Positions 39,909 through 51,545 of a stretch of 64,000 nucleotides of DNA are shown here, piece after piece. Origin of the DNA: Octopus sinensis (Eukaryota); the NCBI RefSeq assembly GCF_006345805.1, contig NC_043005.1, positions 57,908,001 to 57,972,000 of the forward strand. The letters run 5' to 3'. The first letter of the stretch is position 1. The number at the start of each line of letters is the position of its first letter. The position numbers and the translations under genes are program-made. The notes beneath the pieces are model-generated. The model did no database searches, was not told the DNA's origin, and saw only the letters and a program-made list of their open reading frames with translations.

Positions 39909-40240
39909 GTAGGATAATCTTGAGATGCATGAGGACCCCTCCAAAAGATCTTGAGGTAAACAGGAAGACCCAACAGAAGATGTTGAAATGTACAGGGAGA
40001 CCCTTCAAAAGATCTCAAAGTGCACAGGGACACCTTCCAGATGATCTTGAGGAGTACAGAGAGATTCTCTAGAAGATTTTGAGCTTTACAAGGAGACACT
40101 GCATAAGACTTCAAGGTGCACAGAGAAACAAATTGAAACAGACTTCCTGGGCATCTCAACACTGCACAGGGAGTCTCTCATAAAGATCTTGAAGTGCCCA
40201 GGAAGATCTTTCAGAAGAAACTGAGAGAATCTCTGACAAG
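39908..40240. repeat. Degenerate ~33-bp minisatellite (agatcttgaggtgcacagggagaccctccagaa-like)
   Basis: About 9-10 diverged units. Confidence 0.65.
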
Positions 40241-40269
40241 ATTGTCACCTTGATAAATCAGTTCTATAA

Positions 40270-40870
40270 ACAACAAAAACCTGATATCCTTTGATTAGTT
40301 TTCAATGGAATCTGTCATGTGAGGAAATCTGTATCATCTCTCCCATTTTCTTCCTAGTTACCATTGACTGAATCATGTGTAAGATCACATCAGATAAACA
40401 TAGTGGCATCCAGTGGATACTTTTACCTCATTTAGAAAAGCTTGACATTGTGGATGACCTGGAAGCCCTCTCCCCAAAAAGCGATGTTCCACTAGAGAAA
40501 ACTGATAGGCTGAATAAAGCAGACAAATTTTAACATCAATACTTCAAAACTGCAAGCCACGTACATAAACTCCAACAATAACCTTGCATCTATCACTGTC
40601 AATAGTGAGTCACTAGGCTATGTGTGTGTGTGGTGAGGAAGGGGGGGGGGCAGTTATATATGTGAGAAGCCTTACCAGCAAAGTCAATAAGGCAGAAATG
40701 GACATCCACACAAAACTCATGGGACATCTGTAAAGACATCAGTCAATCTGAAAGTCCTGATAATACAGTATCCTGGTTAAGACTGGACTCTGTTAAAGAG
40801 GAAAACCAAATCTGTTCTCTTGCATGCCTCAGAATGCTGATGTATGATAAAACAGGACATGATTAAGACC
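40270..40870 (+). mobile_element. Decayed RT fragment (RTE-like)
   Basis: SGIQWILLPHLEKLDIVDDL resembles GIQW....QLEDLDFADD. Confidence 0.6.
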
Positions 40871-40983
40871 TTGTGTGATGAGAATCATATAAGAATCTCA
40901 TTCAGGTGGTTAAGTTAATAAGCTTTTAAGAAAATAACTAAAAACAAAAATGAACGCAAAAAAAATAATAACTGAATGCTTAC

Positions 40984-41022
40984 CATTCCTTTGCCTGTAC
41001 TTTTTCATCTAGTTGATCATTT
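40984..41022 (-). CDS. IFT88: IFT88 39-nt exon, (L)NDQLDEKVQAKE(W)
   Basis: U12-like branch site TTCCTTAAA followed by gccAG acceptor; GTAAGC donor; phase 2/2; restores the frame and the length of the segment aligned to YELMENPSQAIEW. Confidence 0.88.
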
Positions 41023-42438
41023 CTGGCAAAATGGATTTAAGGAAAGAAATATCTCCCTTTCATAAACAATAAAAGATTGAGAGAACTGTCAGAGACCATT
41101 CTGCTACTACCTTTATATCTAAAACAATTGGAATCAACTAGGGAACCATTATATAGTTGCTTAAACTGCTAGAAGTAGTAGTGAAATCTCCACCAGTCAA
41201 AAATTACCAACATAAAGGAAAGTGAACATTGGATTTTGTAGTCCAAAGTTGTACTAATTCTTAAAAAAATACATTTGGAGTTTGTTTGAAAACAATTGTC
41301 CGAATACAGTTTTTCGAAAAAAAGCAATTCAAAATAAATATCATTTGCTACTTGATTTTTAATTTTATCATTTTTGTTTAAATAAAATAAAAAATTTATA
41401 ATAAATAACATTTTGTATAATTGTCCTTTTGAATAATTTTCATAAATACAATTTTCCATTCAAATAAAATTTTTCAAATAATTGTTTTTGAATAATGTTT
41501 ACATAATAAAAAAATAGGTAGGTCATAGCAAAAATGCTATCATAAGTCTATTTGATGAGGACTGACTTAGAGGTTATACAACATGTACAACAAATTCTAA
41601 AACACATTTAGGAATATTAAACTTAGTATCCTTTGCAACCCTCTCTAACCAAGCATCCCTAATCTTGTGGACTTGTAAGTGCTGGTGCCATGTAAAAAGC
41701 ACCTGTGTTGGTGCTATGTAACAGTACCCAGTACACTCTGTAAAGTATCTAAATATGCTGGCACCACAAAAGAAACGATCATCTGTAATGTATGTTGTAA
41801 TCATTAATTAAAGTTGCGATTTTCTTCATTCTTATTCTTGTTGTCTTATACTCCAATCTTCTTGAAATTCTTCTAAGCATTATTTAGATTTACTTGTCAT
41901 ATATGAAGATTAACCTACTTGCATTTACTAGTATCTGATTGTTTGCTATAGTTAACAATATTCGTTTAACAATGAGTGCTTTATTGCTATCTGATAGGAA
42001 TTATTAACCCCTTTTACTTTTTATGTATGTGTGTGTGTGTGTGCGTGTGTGTGAAATGCATTTGTGTGTATTACTGCTTCCTTGCCTTGATTTTTGCATG
42101 ATAGCCATAAACAAATGTTACTGCCATGCAAGCAGTGTCCATCATTTCCAATCTTCTGTGGAAACATGTCTCCTCACAGGGTAATATAAACTGAATTGAA
42201 CATAGGCAAGGGTTGGTGACAGGAAGGGCACCCGACCGTAGATAATCTACCTCAACGAATTCCATGACACGTGTAAGCATGCAAAAGTGGATGTTAAAAC
42301 GATGATGATGATGATACACATAGATACAGATATGTATGCAAGCATGTAGCAACATATGTAGATATGCATGTATGTATAGTTATAAGTTGCATTCTAAAAA
42401 CAAATTTAACAGTTTGACTGAGGCAGTACATCTGTCAT

Positions 42439-42850
42439 AGGCGCAGGAGTGGCTGTGTGGTAAGTAGCTTACTTACCAAACACATGGTTCCGGGTTCAGT
42501 CCCACTGCATGGCATCTTCGGCAAGTTTCTTCTACTATAGCCTCTGGCTGATCAAAGCCTTGTGAGGGGATTTGGTAGACGGAAACTGAAAGAAGCCCAT
42601 CGTATATATGTATATATATGTATGTGTGTGTATATGTTTGTGTGTTTGTGTTTGTCCCCCTCAACATCGCTTGACAACCGATGCTGGTGTGTTTATGTCC
42701 CCGTAACTTAGCGGTTCGGCAAAAGAGACCGATAGAATAAGTACTAGGCTTCCAAAGAATAAGTCTAGGGGTCAATTTGCTCGACTATAGGCGGTGCTCC
42801 AGCATAGCTACAGTTATATGACTGAAACAAGTAAAGAGAAAGAGTAAAAG
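42439..42850 (+). mobile_element. Full-length SINE family A inside the U12 intron
   Basis: Complete head, body and tail. Confidence 0.88.
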
Positions 42851-42969
42851 TAATAATTTATTAAATACATCCAAATTCTTGATTATTTTCAGAATCTCAT
42901 TATCTGGTGCAAAATGCGCGGTGCATGTCAAGCACCTTTGCAGGTACCAATGCATGACCTTTAGTCAAG

Positions 42970-43085
42970 AACAGTGTCAGTCAGGGAGTTTGACTGGGGC
43001 AGTACAGCAGTCAAACAGTAACACAGGTGTCCCAAGGTAAGCTCAGCATGGACGGAAACCTCACATCAAGCAAACGGGCAAAAGC
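42970..43085 (+). pseudogene. 28S (LSU) rRNA fragment, domain V including the P-loop
   Basis: ACAGTGtCAG..GGGAGTTTGACTGGGGC.GTACA...GTCAAAC.GTAAC.CAGGTGTCC.AAGG..AGCTCAG...GGAC.GAAACCTC.....AGCA...GGGCAAAAGC matches conserved eukaryotic 28S sequence (recalled). Confidence 0.88.
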
Positions 43086-43475
43086 AATTAAAATACAAAG
43101 CCTGTGTATTTCATTAGCAATATTGTCATAAAAGGATCACGATGGCACAAATGTTATTTGGCTGCTATTTCTAACAACGTTATGTAGAAGTTCTCAACCA
43201 ACTGGCTCAAACCATTTCTGGTTGTCATTATTATTGTTTAGTCCCAGGTTACTTCTGACTGCACATTCCAGCTCAAATATTTCAGCCCCAAAGTCATACT
43301 AGGTCATTCACTTTGGTGATAAATATATATACACACAACAGTTATACTTCAGCTAATGTTGACACAATTGCTGCTCATTATAATGTATTTGAGATGCAAA
43401 TAGACAACTCCTTACAGATGCAATATGATGTATTTTAAAATATATATATATATATATACATATACACACACACAC

Positions 43476-43515
<40 letters not shown>

Positions 43516-43534
43516 ATATATATGTGTATATATA

Positions 43535-43717
<183 letters not shown>

Positions 43718-44779
43718 CATATATGTGCGTATGTGTGTGTGTAGCATGTCTGTTTGTCTGTGGATGTGCATGTGTATGTTTGTATAATGTATTATGTCTT
43801 TGCTTCATTGAAATTGGTTCAAAGTTGATTACCTTCATATTTAATTCTAAATACAAAATATGAATGTTTTTCAGTGACAAAATGACTATAGAGTGAACTA
43901 TAGTCTGTTTCCTATATACGTATATGTATAAAGGTGTGTGTGTATGGGTTTGTGAGTAAGTGTGCACACACATGTATATATGTATGCACACACACATATA
44001 GATATATGTGCACACACACACAGATATATGCACATGAACACACATTTCATTGTGAATGGTTTTGCTAAGCAGTGCTGAGTTTTACAATTCTGTAAATAAT
44101 AATAATGGTATTTTTTTTCTATAACCTTAAAGTCTATAACAATCAACCTGTGAATGACTATGAAAAATAGTCAAATAATGGGGCATATAAGCCCTTGATA
44201 GAAAAAAGTAGGCTTACCCATACATGTATGACCTAGTATGACTTTGGGGCTGAAATATTGGAGCTGGAATGTGCAGTCAGAAGTAATCTGGAACTAAACA
44301 ATAATAACGACAACCAGAATGGTTTGAGCCTAATTTTTTCTGTTGAGGGCTTATATGCTCCATTAAACTATTTTCCTTAGTCATTTGCACGGTGATCACT
44401 ATAAGCTTGTAAAAAAAAAAATACCATTATATATATATATACAGGGTCTTGCAGATAAATTGAGATAATTTTTACGATGCATAAAACTGGGTATAAATGC
44501 TAAAATATGGGTAGGAGATAGATATGATTTTGATATAACATTTATTACAACAGAAACTTTAATCATTCAATATGACTGCCCTTTTGGGCAATTACTGCAG
44601 TATGGTTTTGGTTTCCGATCCACTGCATATTCCCTTGGGCTGGTATCTTTTCCTATCGCTCTGAGCTGGCCAATGCCTTAGGAGTAAATTTGGCAGGCAA
44701 AAATTGTATAGAAGCCAATCGTACATACATACACACATGCATATCAAATATTTCTCTCAATACATTAGCAGTCTGTAAT

Positions 44780-45400
44780 ACATGCACACAGGCACTGCAC
44801 ACACAGCAGAACATATTAGCCTCATTCCTCTCCAGTCACTGTATGTCTTCTGCATTCAGGGCCATTGACTCACTAGCATGGAGCATAGCCATTCATACAC
44901 AAGCGTCAAACAGTCTGGCTTTCACATGGAGTGAGAGGCCTTTTGTTATCAACTGAGATAACAGGTCTCCAAACTCTCTACATCCTATTCTTATTGAAGC
45001 AACTTTGCTTTCAGAACATTCTCCTCCACAGCTAATTAGGCTACCTGGAAAACTGGACCTATCTACAACCACTAGAAAACCTCCAGAGCATTTGAAAGAA
45101 TCTCTTTCCTGTGTACACTTGGTCTTTATGGCACTAGTTCATCTTTCACAAATAAACATTACATTCTCTGTCTACTTTCTTGTGATTCCACTGCACCTCT
45201 TATGCATCCATAGCTTGCACTGCATACACAGCATGGAATTCTTGCCTAGACCCCTAGACCTTTCCTACATATCATGTAGAGTCAGTTACCTGAAGTAGGT
45301 AGAGTCCAATATTTTCATGCTTACTACAACCTTGGTTTTTGCTAACTTAGCTCTAAGGCCCATCAATTCCGGGTTTTTCCTTCCACACCTGGAATTTCTT
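44780..45400 (-). mobile_element. Older decayed copy of the RTE LINE seen at 16172-18198
   Basis: Shared Cys-rich and GL.VNLAKTK regions. Confidence 0.7.
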
Positions 45401-45911
45401 CTACTAAAACTTCTTAAGTGAACATTTTAGATTGAATCTGAAAAATAAAATTTTGTGTATGTATGTGTATGTATTCATACACACACACACACATAACACA
45501 CACAAATGTTTGTGCGAGTATATGTATGTGTGAGTATCTCCTTGTTTTGACTTTTTTGTGGTGACTGTAAACAGAGTTATTGTTCATACAAAAACTAAGT
45601 CAACTTGTTTGCATTCTTCCATGAAAACATATCTGGCCAAAGATGTGTTTGTGTCCAAAGGATAAGGTGAAATATTACCTTGCAAGTAAACAAGTGAGAG
45701 TTAGTGACAGGAAGAGCATCTAGCCATAGAGAATTTACCTCAATGAATTTCATCTGATTCATGGAAAAGTATAATGTTAAAATGATGATGATGATGATGA
45801 TGACAATATTAAGCGTGTGTATTTGTAGGTGTGTGTAGGTTTAAAAATATGTTGTTTTCATTGTTTTTATTTGATAACAAATGCATATTGATAGACATAA
45901 ATAAAGGATAC

Positions 45912-46020
45912 AAATCAGCAATTTGATACATAACTTGAGGACTGCTGCGTAGAATGGCATGTAATTTGTAGTAACAGTCCAAAGCTTCTTCAAGGCGACC
46001 GAGCATTTTATTACTCAAAC
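45912..46020 (-). CDS. IFT88: IFT88 exon, (G)LSNKMLGRLEEALDCYYKLHAILRSSPQVMYQIAD(L); ends at a U12-type donor
   Basis: cccatcAG acceptor; donor GTATCCTTT; 109 nt, phase 1/2; matches RL.EALDC..KLHAILR.S..V.YQIA. Confidence 0.95.
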
Positions 46021-46063
46021 CTGATGGGAGAGAAATTATATATGAGATTAATGAGATTTTATA

Positions 46064-46462
46064 ACTCTTTTACTCTTTTACTTGTTTCAGTCATTTGACT
46101 GCGGCCATGCTGGAGCACCGCCTTTAGTCGAGCAAATCGATCCCGGGACTTATTCTTTGTAAGCCCAGTACTTATTCTATCGGTCTCTTTTGCCGAACCG
46201 CTAAGTGACGGGGACGTAAACACACCAGCATCGGTTGTCAAGCAATGCTAGGGGGACAAACACAGACACACACACTTATATATATATATACATATATACG
46301 ACAGGCTTCTTTCAGTTTTCGTCTACCAAATCCACTCACAAGGCATTGGTCGGCCCGGGGCTATAGCAGAAGACACTTGCCCAAGATGCCACGCAGTGGG
46401 ACTGAACCCGGAACCATGTGGTTGGTTAGCAAGCTACTTACCACACAGCCACTCCTGCGCCT
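46064..46462 (-). mobile_element. Full-length, young-looking SINE family A
   Basis: Many CpGs retained; tail ends ~43 nt from the exon 46020 boundary. Confidence 0.9.
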
Positions 46463-46719
46463 ATGTAATAAGTTTTTTCTTTTTGGCTTGTAAGCTCTAG
46501 GAGAGGTAGAACCAAGAGAATATAAGAAAATAAAACAGAAGTTCATATAATTGCATATATATGATTTAACCCATTAGCATTTAAACTGGCTACACCCAGC
46601 TAAAATATTCCAACTGTTTTATGTTCAAACTACCCTATATTGTCATTCAAATCATAAACAATCACATCACTGAAATTTCAAAGCTATGAGTGAATGCATA
46701 ATAAATTCAAAACAGTGTG

Positions 46720-49700
46720 AACAAGAGCGCTTGGAGAGTGCAAACCTCCGCCAAGGCAACACCAACATCCTCTCAATGATTAACCAGAGACGACTTTTAA
46801 AATGAGAATATCTAAAATAATTTTCGAAAAATTACCAAGTACTTTTTGAGAAAAATTTTCCGTGAAAATTTTCGAAAAATTTTTGGGGGAAAATTTTCGA
46901 AAAATTTTTGGGTAAAGCTTCCGGTGAAAATTTTGGAAAAATGTTTGGGAAAATTTTCGAAAAATTTTTGGGTAAAGTTTTCGGTGAAAATTTTTGAAAA
47001 ATTTTCCAAGACATTTTTCCAAAATTTTCACCGAAAACTTTACCCAAAGTATGGCCTTCCATACTTTGTGAATTTGGCAATGCTAGCCTTCCATACTTTG
47101 TGAATTTGGCAACGCTAGCCTTCCATACTTTGTGATTTTGGCACCGCTGGCCTCCATACTTTTTCCAAAATTTTCACCGAAAACTTTACCCAAAAATTTT
47201 TCGAAAATTTTCCCAAACATTTTCCCAAAATTTTGACCGAAAACTTTACCCAAAAATTTTTCGAAAATTTTACCCAAAGATTTTTCGAAAATTTTCCCCA
47301 AACATTTTTCCAAAATTTCCACCGAAAATTTTACCCGAAAATTTTCTCCAAAAGTTTTTCGAAAATTTTCACCGAAAACTTTCCCCAAAAATTTTTCGAA
47401 ATTTTTCACCGGAAATTTTCCCCAAAATATACTGTGATTTTTCGGAAATTTTTGCCATACTTTGTGATTTTGGCAACGCTGGCTTTCCATACCTTGTGAT
47501 TTTGGCACAGCTGGCCTTCCATACTTTGTAATTTTGGCACCGCTGGCCATCCATATTTTGTGATTTTGGCAACGCTAGCCTTCCATACTTTGTGATTTTG
47601 GCAACGCTGGCCATACTTTTTCGAAAATTTTCCACAAAAATCTTTAGAAAGTTTTCACTGAAAATTTTTCCCAAAATATACTGCTGGCTTTCCATACTTT
47701 GTGATTTTGGCACAGCTGGCCTTCCATACTTTGTGAATTTGGCAACTCTAAAGTTCCATACTTTGTGATTTTGGCACCGCTGGCCTCCATACTTTTTCCA
47801 AAATTTTCCCCAACATTTTTCGAAAATTTTCACCGAAAACTTAACCCAAACATTTTTCGAAAACTTTACCCAAATATTTTTCGGAAATTTTACCCAAAAA
47901 TTTTTAGAAAATTTTCACGGAAAATTTTCCCCAAAAATTTTTCGAAAATTTCTACCGAAAATTTTACCCGAAAATATTCACCGAAAATTTTCTCCAAAAG
48001 TTTTTCGAAAATTTTCACCGAAAACTTTCCCCAAAAATTTTTCGAAATTTTTCCCCAAAATATACTTTGTGATTTTTCGGAAATTTTTGCCATACTTTGT
48101 GATTTTGGCAACGCTGGCTTTCCATACTTTGTAATTTTGGCAACGCTGGCCTACCATACTTTTTCCAAAATTTTCACTGAAAATTTTCCCAAACATTTTT
48201 CCAAAATTTTCCCCGAAAACTTTACCCAAAAATTTTTCGAAAATTTTCCCAAACATTTTTCCAAAATTTTCACCGAAAACTTTACCCAAAAATTTTTCGA
48301 AAATTGTCCCCAAAAATTTTTCGAAAATTTACACCGAAAATTTTTCCCAAAATATACTTTGTGATTTTGGCACCGCTGGCCTTCCATACTTTGTAATTTT
48401 GGCACCGCTGGCCTTCCATACTTTGTGATTTTGGCAACGCTAGCCTTCCATACTTTGTGATTTTGGCACCGCTGGCCATCCATACTTTGTGATTTTGGCA
48501 GCGCTGGCCTTCCATATTTTGTGAATTTAACAGCGCTAAACTTTTCACCGAAAAGTTTACCCAAAAATTTTCACCGAAAATTTTTCCCAAAAATTTTTTG
48601 CCATATTTTGTGATTTTGGCACTGCTGGCTTTCCATACTTTGTGATTTTGGCAACTCTAAACTTCCATACCGCTGGCCTCCATACTTTTTCCAAAATTTT
48701 CACCGAAAATTTTTCCCCAAAAATTTTTCGAAAATTTTTCCCCAAAAATTTTTCGAAAATTTTCACCGAAAATTTTTCCCAAACATTTTTCCAAAATTTT
48801 CACCGAAAACTTTACCCAAAAATTTTTCGAAAATTGTCCCCAAAAATTTTTCGAAAATTTACACCGAAAATTTTTCCCAAAATATACTTTGTGATTTTGG
48901 CACCGCTGGCCTTCCATACTTTGTAATTTTGGCACCGCTGGCCTTCCATACTTTGTGATTTTGGCAACGCTAGCCTTCCATACTTTGTGATTTTGGCACC
49001 GCTGGCCATCCATACTTTGTGATTTTGGCACCGCTGGCCTTCCATATTTTGTGAATTTAACAGCGCTAAACTTTTCACCGAAAAGTTTACCCAAAAATTT
49101 TCACCGAAAATTTTTCCCAAAAATTTTTCGAAAATTTTTCCCCAAAAATTTTTTGCCATATTTTGTGATTTTGGCACTGCTGGCTTTCCATACTTTGTGA
49201 TTTTGGCAACTCTAAACTTCCATACCGCTGGCCTCCATACTTTTTCCAAAATTTTCACCGAAAATTTTCCCCAAAAATGTTTGGGAAAATTTTCGAAAAA
49301 TTTTTGGGTAAAGTTTTCGAAAATTTTCCCAAACATTTTTCCAAAATTTTGACCGAAAACTTTACCCAAAAATTTTTCGAAAATTTTACCCAAAAATTTT
49401 TCTAAAATTTTCACGGAAAATTTTCCCCAAAAATTTTTCGAAAATTTCACCGAAAACTTTACCTGAAAAGTTTTCGAAAATTTTCACCGGAAATTCTCCC
49501 CAAAATATACTTTGTGATTTTTCGGAAATTTTTGCCATACTTTGTGATTTTGGCACTGCTGGCTTTCCATACTTTGTGATTTTGGCACCGCTGGCCTTCC
49601 ATACTTTGAGAATTTGGCAACGCTAGCCTTCCATAGTTTGTGATTTTGGCAACGCTGGCCTTCCATACTTTTCCCAAAATTTTCCCCAAGAAGTTTTCGA

Positions 49701-50398
49701 AAATTTTCCCAAACATTTTTCCAAAATTTCCACCGAAAACTTTACCCAAAAATTTTTCGAAAATTTTCGCCGAAAACTTTTTCCAAAAAATACTTCGTAA
49801 TGTTTCGAAAGTTTTTGCCATATTTTGTGATTTTGGCACTGCTGGCTTTCCATACTTTGTGATTTTGGCACCGCTGGCCTTCCATACTTTGTGAATTTGG
49901 CAACTCTAAACTTCCATACTTTGTTATTTTGGCACTGCTGGCCTCCATACTTTTTCCAAAATTTTTACCGAAAATTTTCCCCAAAAGTTTTTCGAAAATT
50001 TTCACCGAAAACTTTCCCCAAAAATTTTTCGAAATTTTTCCCCAAAATATACTTTGTGATTTTTCGGAAATTTTTGCCATAGTTTGTGATTTTGGCAACG
50101 CTGGCTTTCCATACTTTGTGATTTTGGCACCACTGGCCTTCCATACTTTGTCTCACAAACGACAATACTAAAAATGAACCCAACTGCTCTCAAAAATTAA
50201 GTCAAACAACAAGAAAAATAATTCAGAATCCTTGTCCGGGACTGGATTGATCCCAGGATCTAATCGGTTCATGCCAGTCATGAGGCCAAACATCCTTGAA
50301 AGTTTTATCTAAATCCATCTAGTTGTTCATGAGATATCTTGTCCACAGACAAACATGACTGAAAACAATAACTCTGCCTTTGCTAAGGCAGAGGTAAT
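46720..50398 (-). mobile_element. Helentron-associated non-autonomous element (HINE/DINE-1-like) carrying a satellite array
   Basis: Sub-TIRs ACCTCTGCC / ACCTCCGCC; 5' palindrome CTCTGCCTT-tgct-AAGGCAGAG (50372-50393); short tgtttgtctgt repeat; 3' hairpin GCACTCTCCAAGCGC; TT target; no TSD seen. Confidence 0.75.
46820..50152. repeat. 3.3-kb composite satellite: alternating blocks of ~60-bp A4T4-rich and 32-bp monomers
   Basis: A: aaaattttcaccgaaaactttacccaaaaatttttcgaaaattttcccaaacatttttcc; B: ccatactttgtgattttggcaccgctggcctt. Confidence 0.95.
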
Positions 50399-50438
50399 AA
50401 AGAAGTGTTACATTTGACAGAATAATTTGAATGCTTAA

Positions 50439-51545
50439 CCCTTTTGTTACTATATTTCTGACTAAAATACACCCCTCATGAGTTTCAATTAAATTCTAAA
50501 ATAATCATGAATCTAGGTTTGTTTCATTAAATAACTGTAACTTTTTTACTTATCAACATATTAATGTGATATTTGGAACATAATTAAAGAAAGGGTTCTT
50601 AATCAATTCTATTGCATAACTTTTGTCTCAAAGTGACTTTAATTACAGGTAAATTGAGCAAAAGGTAAAAATATTAAAATTTTAAATTGAGCAAAAGGTA
50701 AAAATATTAAAATTTTGTTTAAACATCACCATAGAAAATGAATCATCAGCTAATATTCAAATGGGTATGCAACAAAATTTTGATAAAGAAGAATTGCGCA
50801 CATCACTATATCATCAGTTTAATTTAATGCACAACAGGTGTACCATAAAGCTGAAATAGAGTGAAATACTGGAATCCACTGCAAGTTTGACCGAACTAAA
50901 GAAATCGGTCAAAAAATAATATACGGCCCTGGTTATGGTATGGAAGTGATAAATTCCAGACCACATCGTTCCCTAGGCCATGCTGACTAACATTATTTTC
51001 CCTGTATAAAAACTAAATCCACGCAGTACCCAGTATTTGCTTCACAAATTTTCTGAAATTTGAACCCCCATTTTGTGTTTGTTTACATTTTGCGTCAGTT
51101 TGTTTCTGCATTGATCGCTTCAAACAATAACTTCCAGACCACATCATACCTTAAGCCATGCTGACTAACATTAGCTTCCCTGTATAAAAACTAAATCCAC
51201 AACAGTATCCAGTATTTGCTTCACAAATTTTCCAATTCGGAATCAATGCTTGATAACATGAAACTCCAATCCATTTTCAAAGTTGAAGAAAAATCGATGC
51301 CGAAAAAAATGTGGTAAAAAATCTTCCAAAATTCAAGGAATTAAAATTACACGTCGATCGTTATACAAAACTGTAGATGAATTGTTTACGAAGTATAATC
51401 ACGTGTTTTCACGAATGTACTAAAGAGATTTGCTCTGATATCCTCATTTAAATATGAATAGGTAAATTCGGGTGGCTTTGGGCGGTTTAGTCACATTAAA
51501 CAAAATTTTTTTCGGGCGGCTTTGGGCGGTTTGGTAACGAAAGGG
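50439..51545. mobile_element. 1.1-kb non-autonomous piggyBac-like element with TTAA TSD
   Basis: TTAA 50435-38 and 51546-49; TIR cccttttgttac / gtaacgaaaggg (11/12). Confidence 0.8.

Noticed and set aside
46820-50152. CRISPR-like appearance of the 32-bp repeats
   Set aside because: Units are directly tandem with no unique spacers, there are no cas genes, and the context is a eukaryotic intron
46780-50193. Many overlapping 60-212 aa ORFs on both strands (MEGQRCQNHKVWKASVAKITKYGRPAVPKSQS repeats)
   Set aside because: They arise from stop-poor 32-bp and 60-bp satellite monomers read through all frames; no domain, splice or codon evidence
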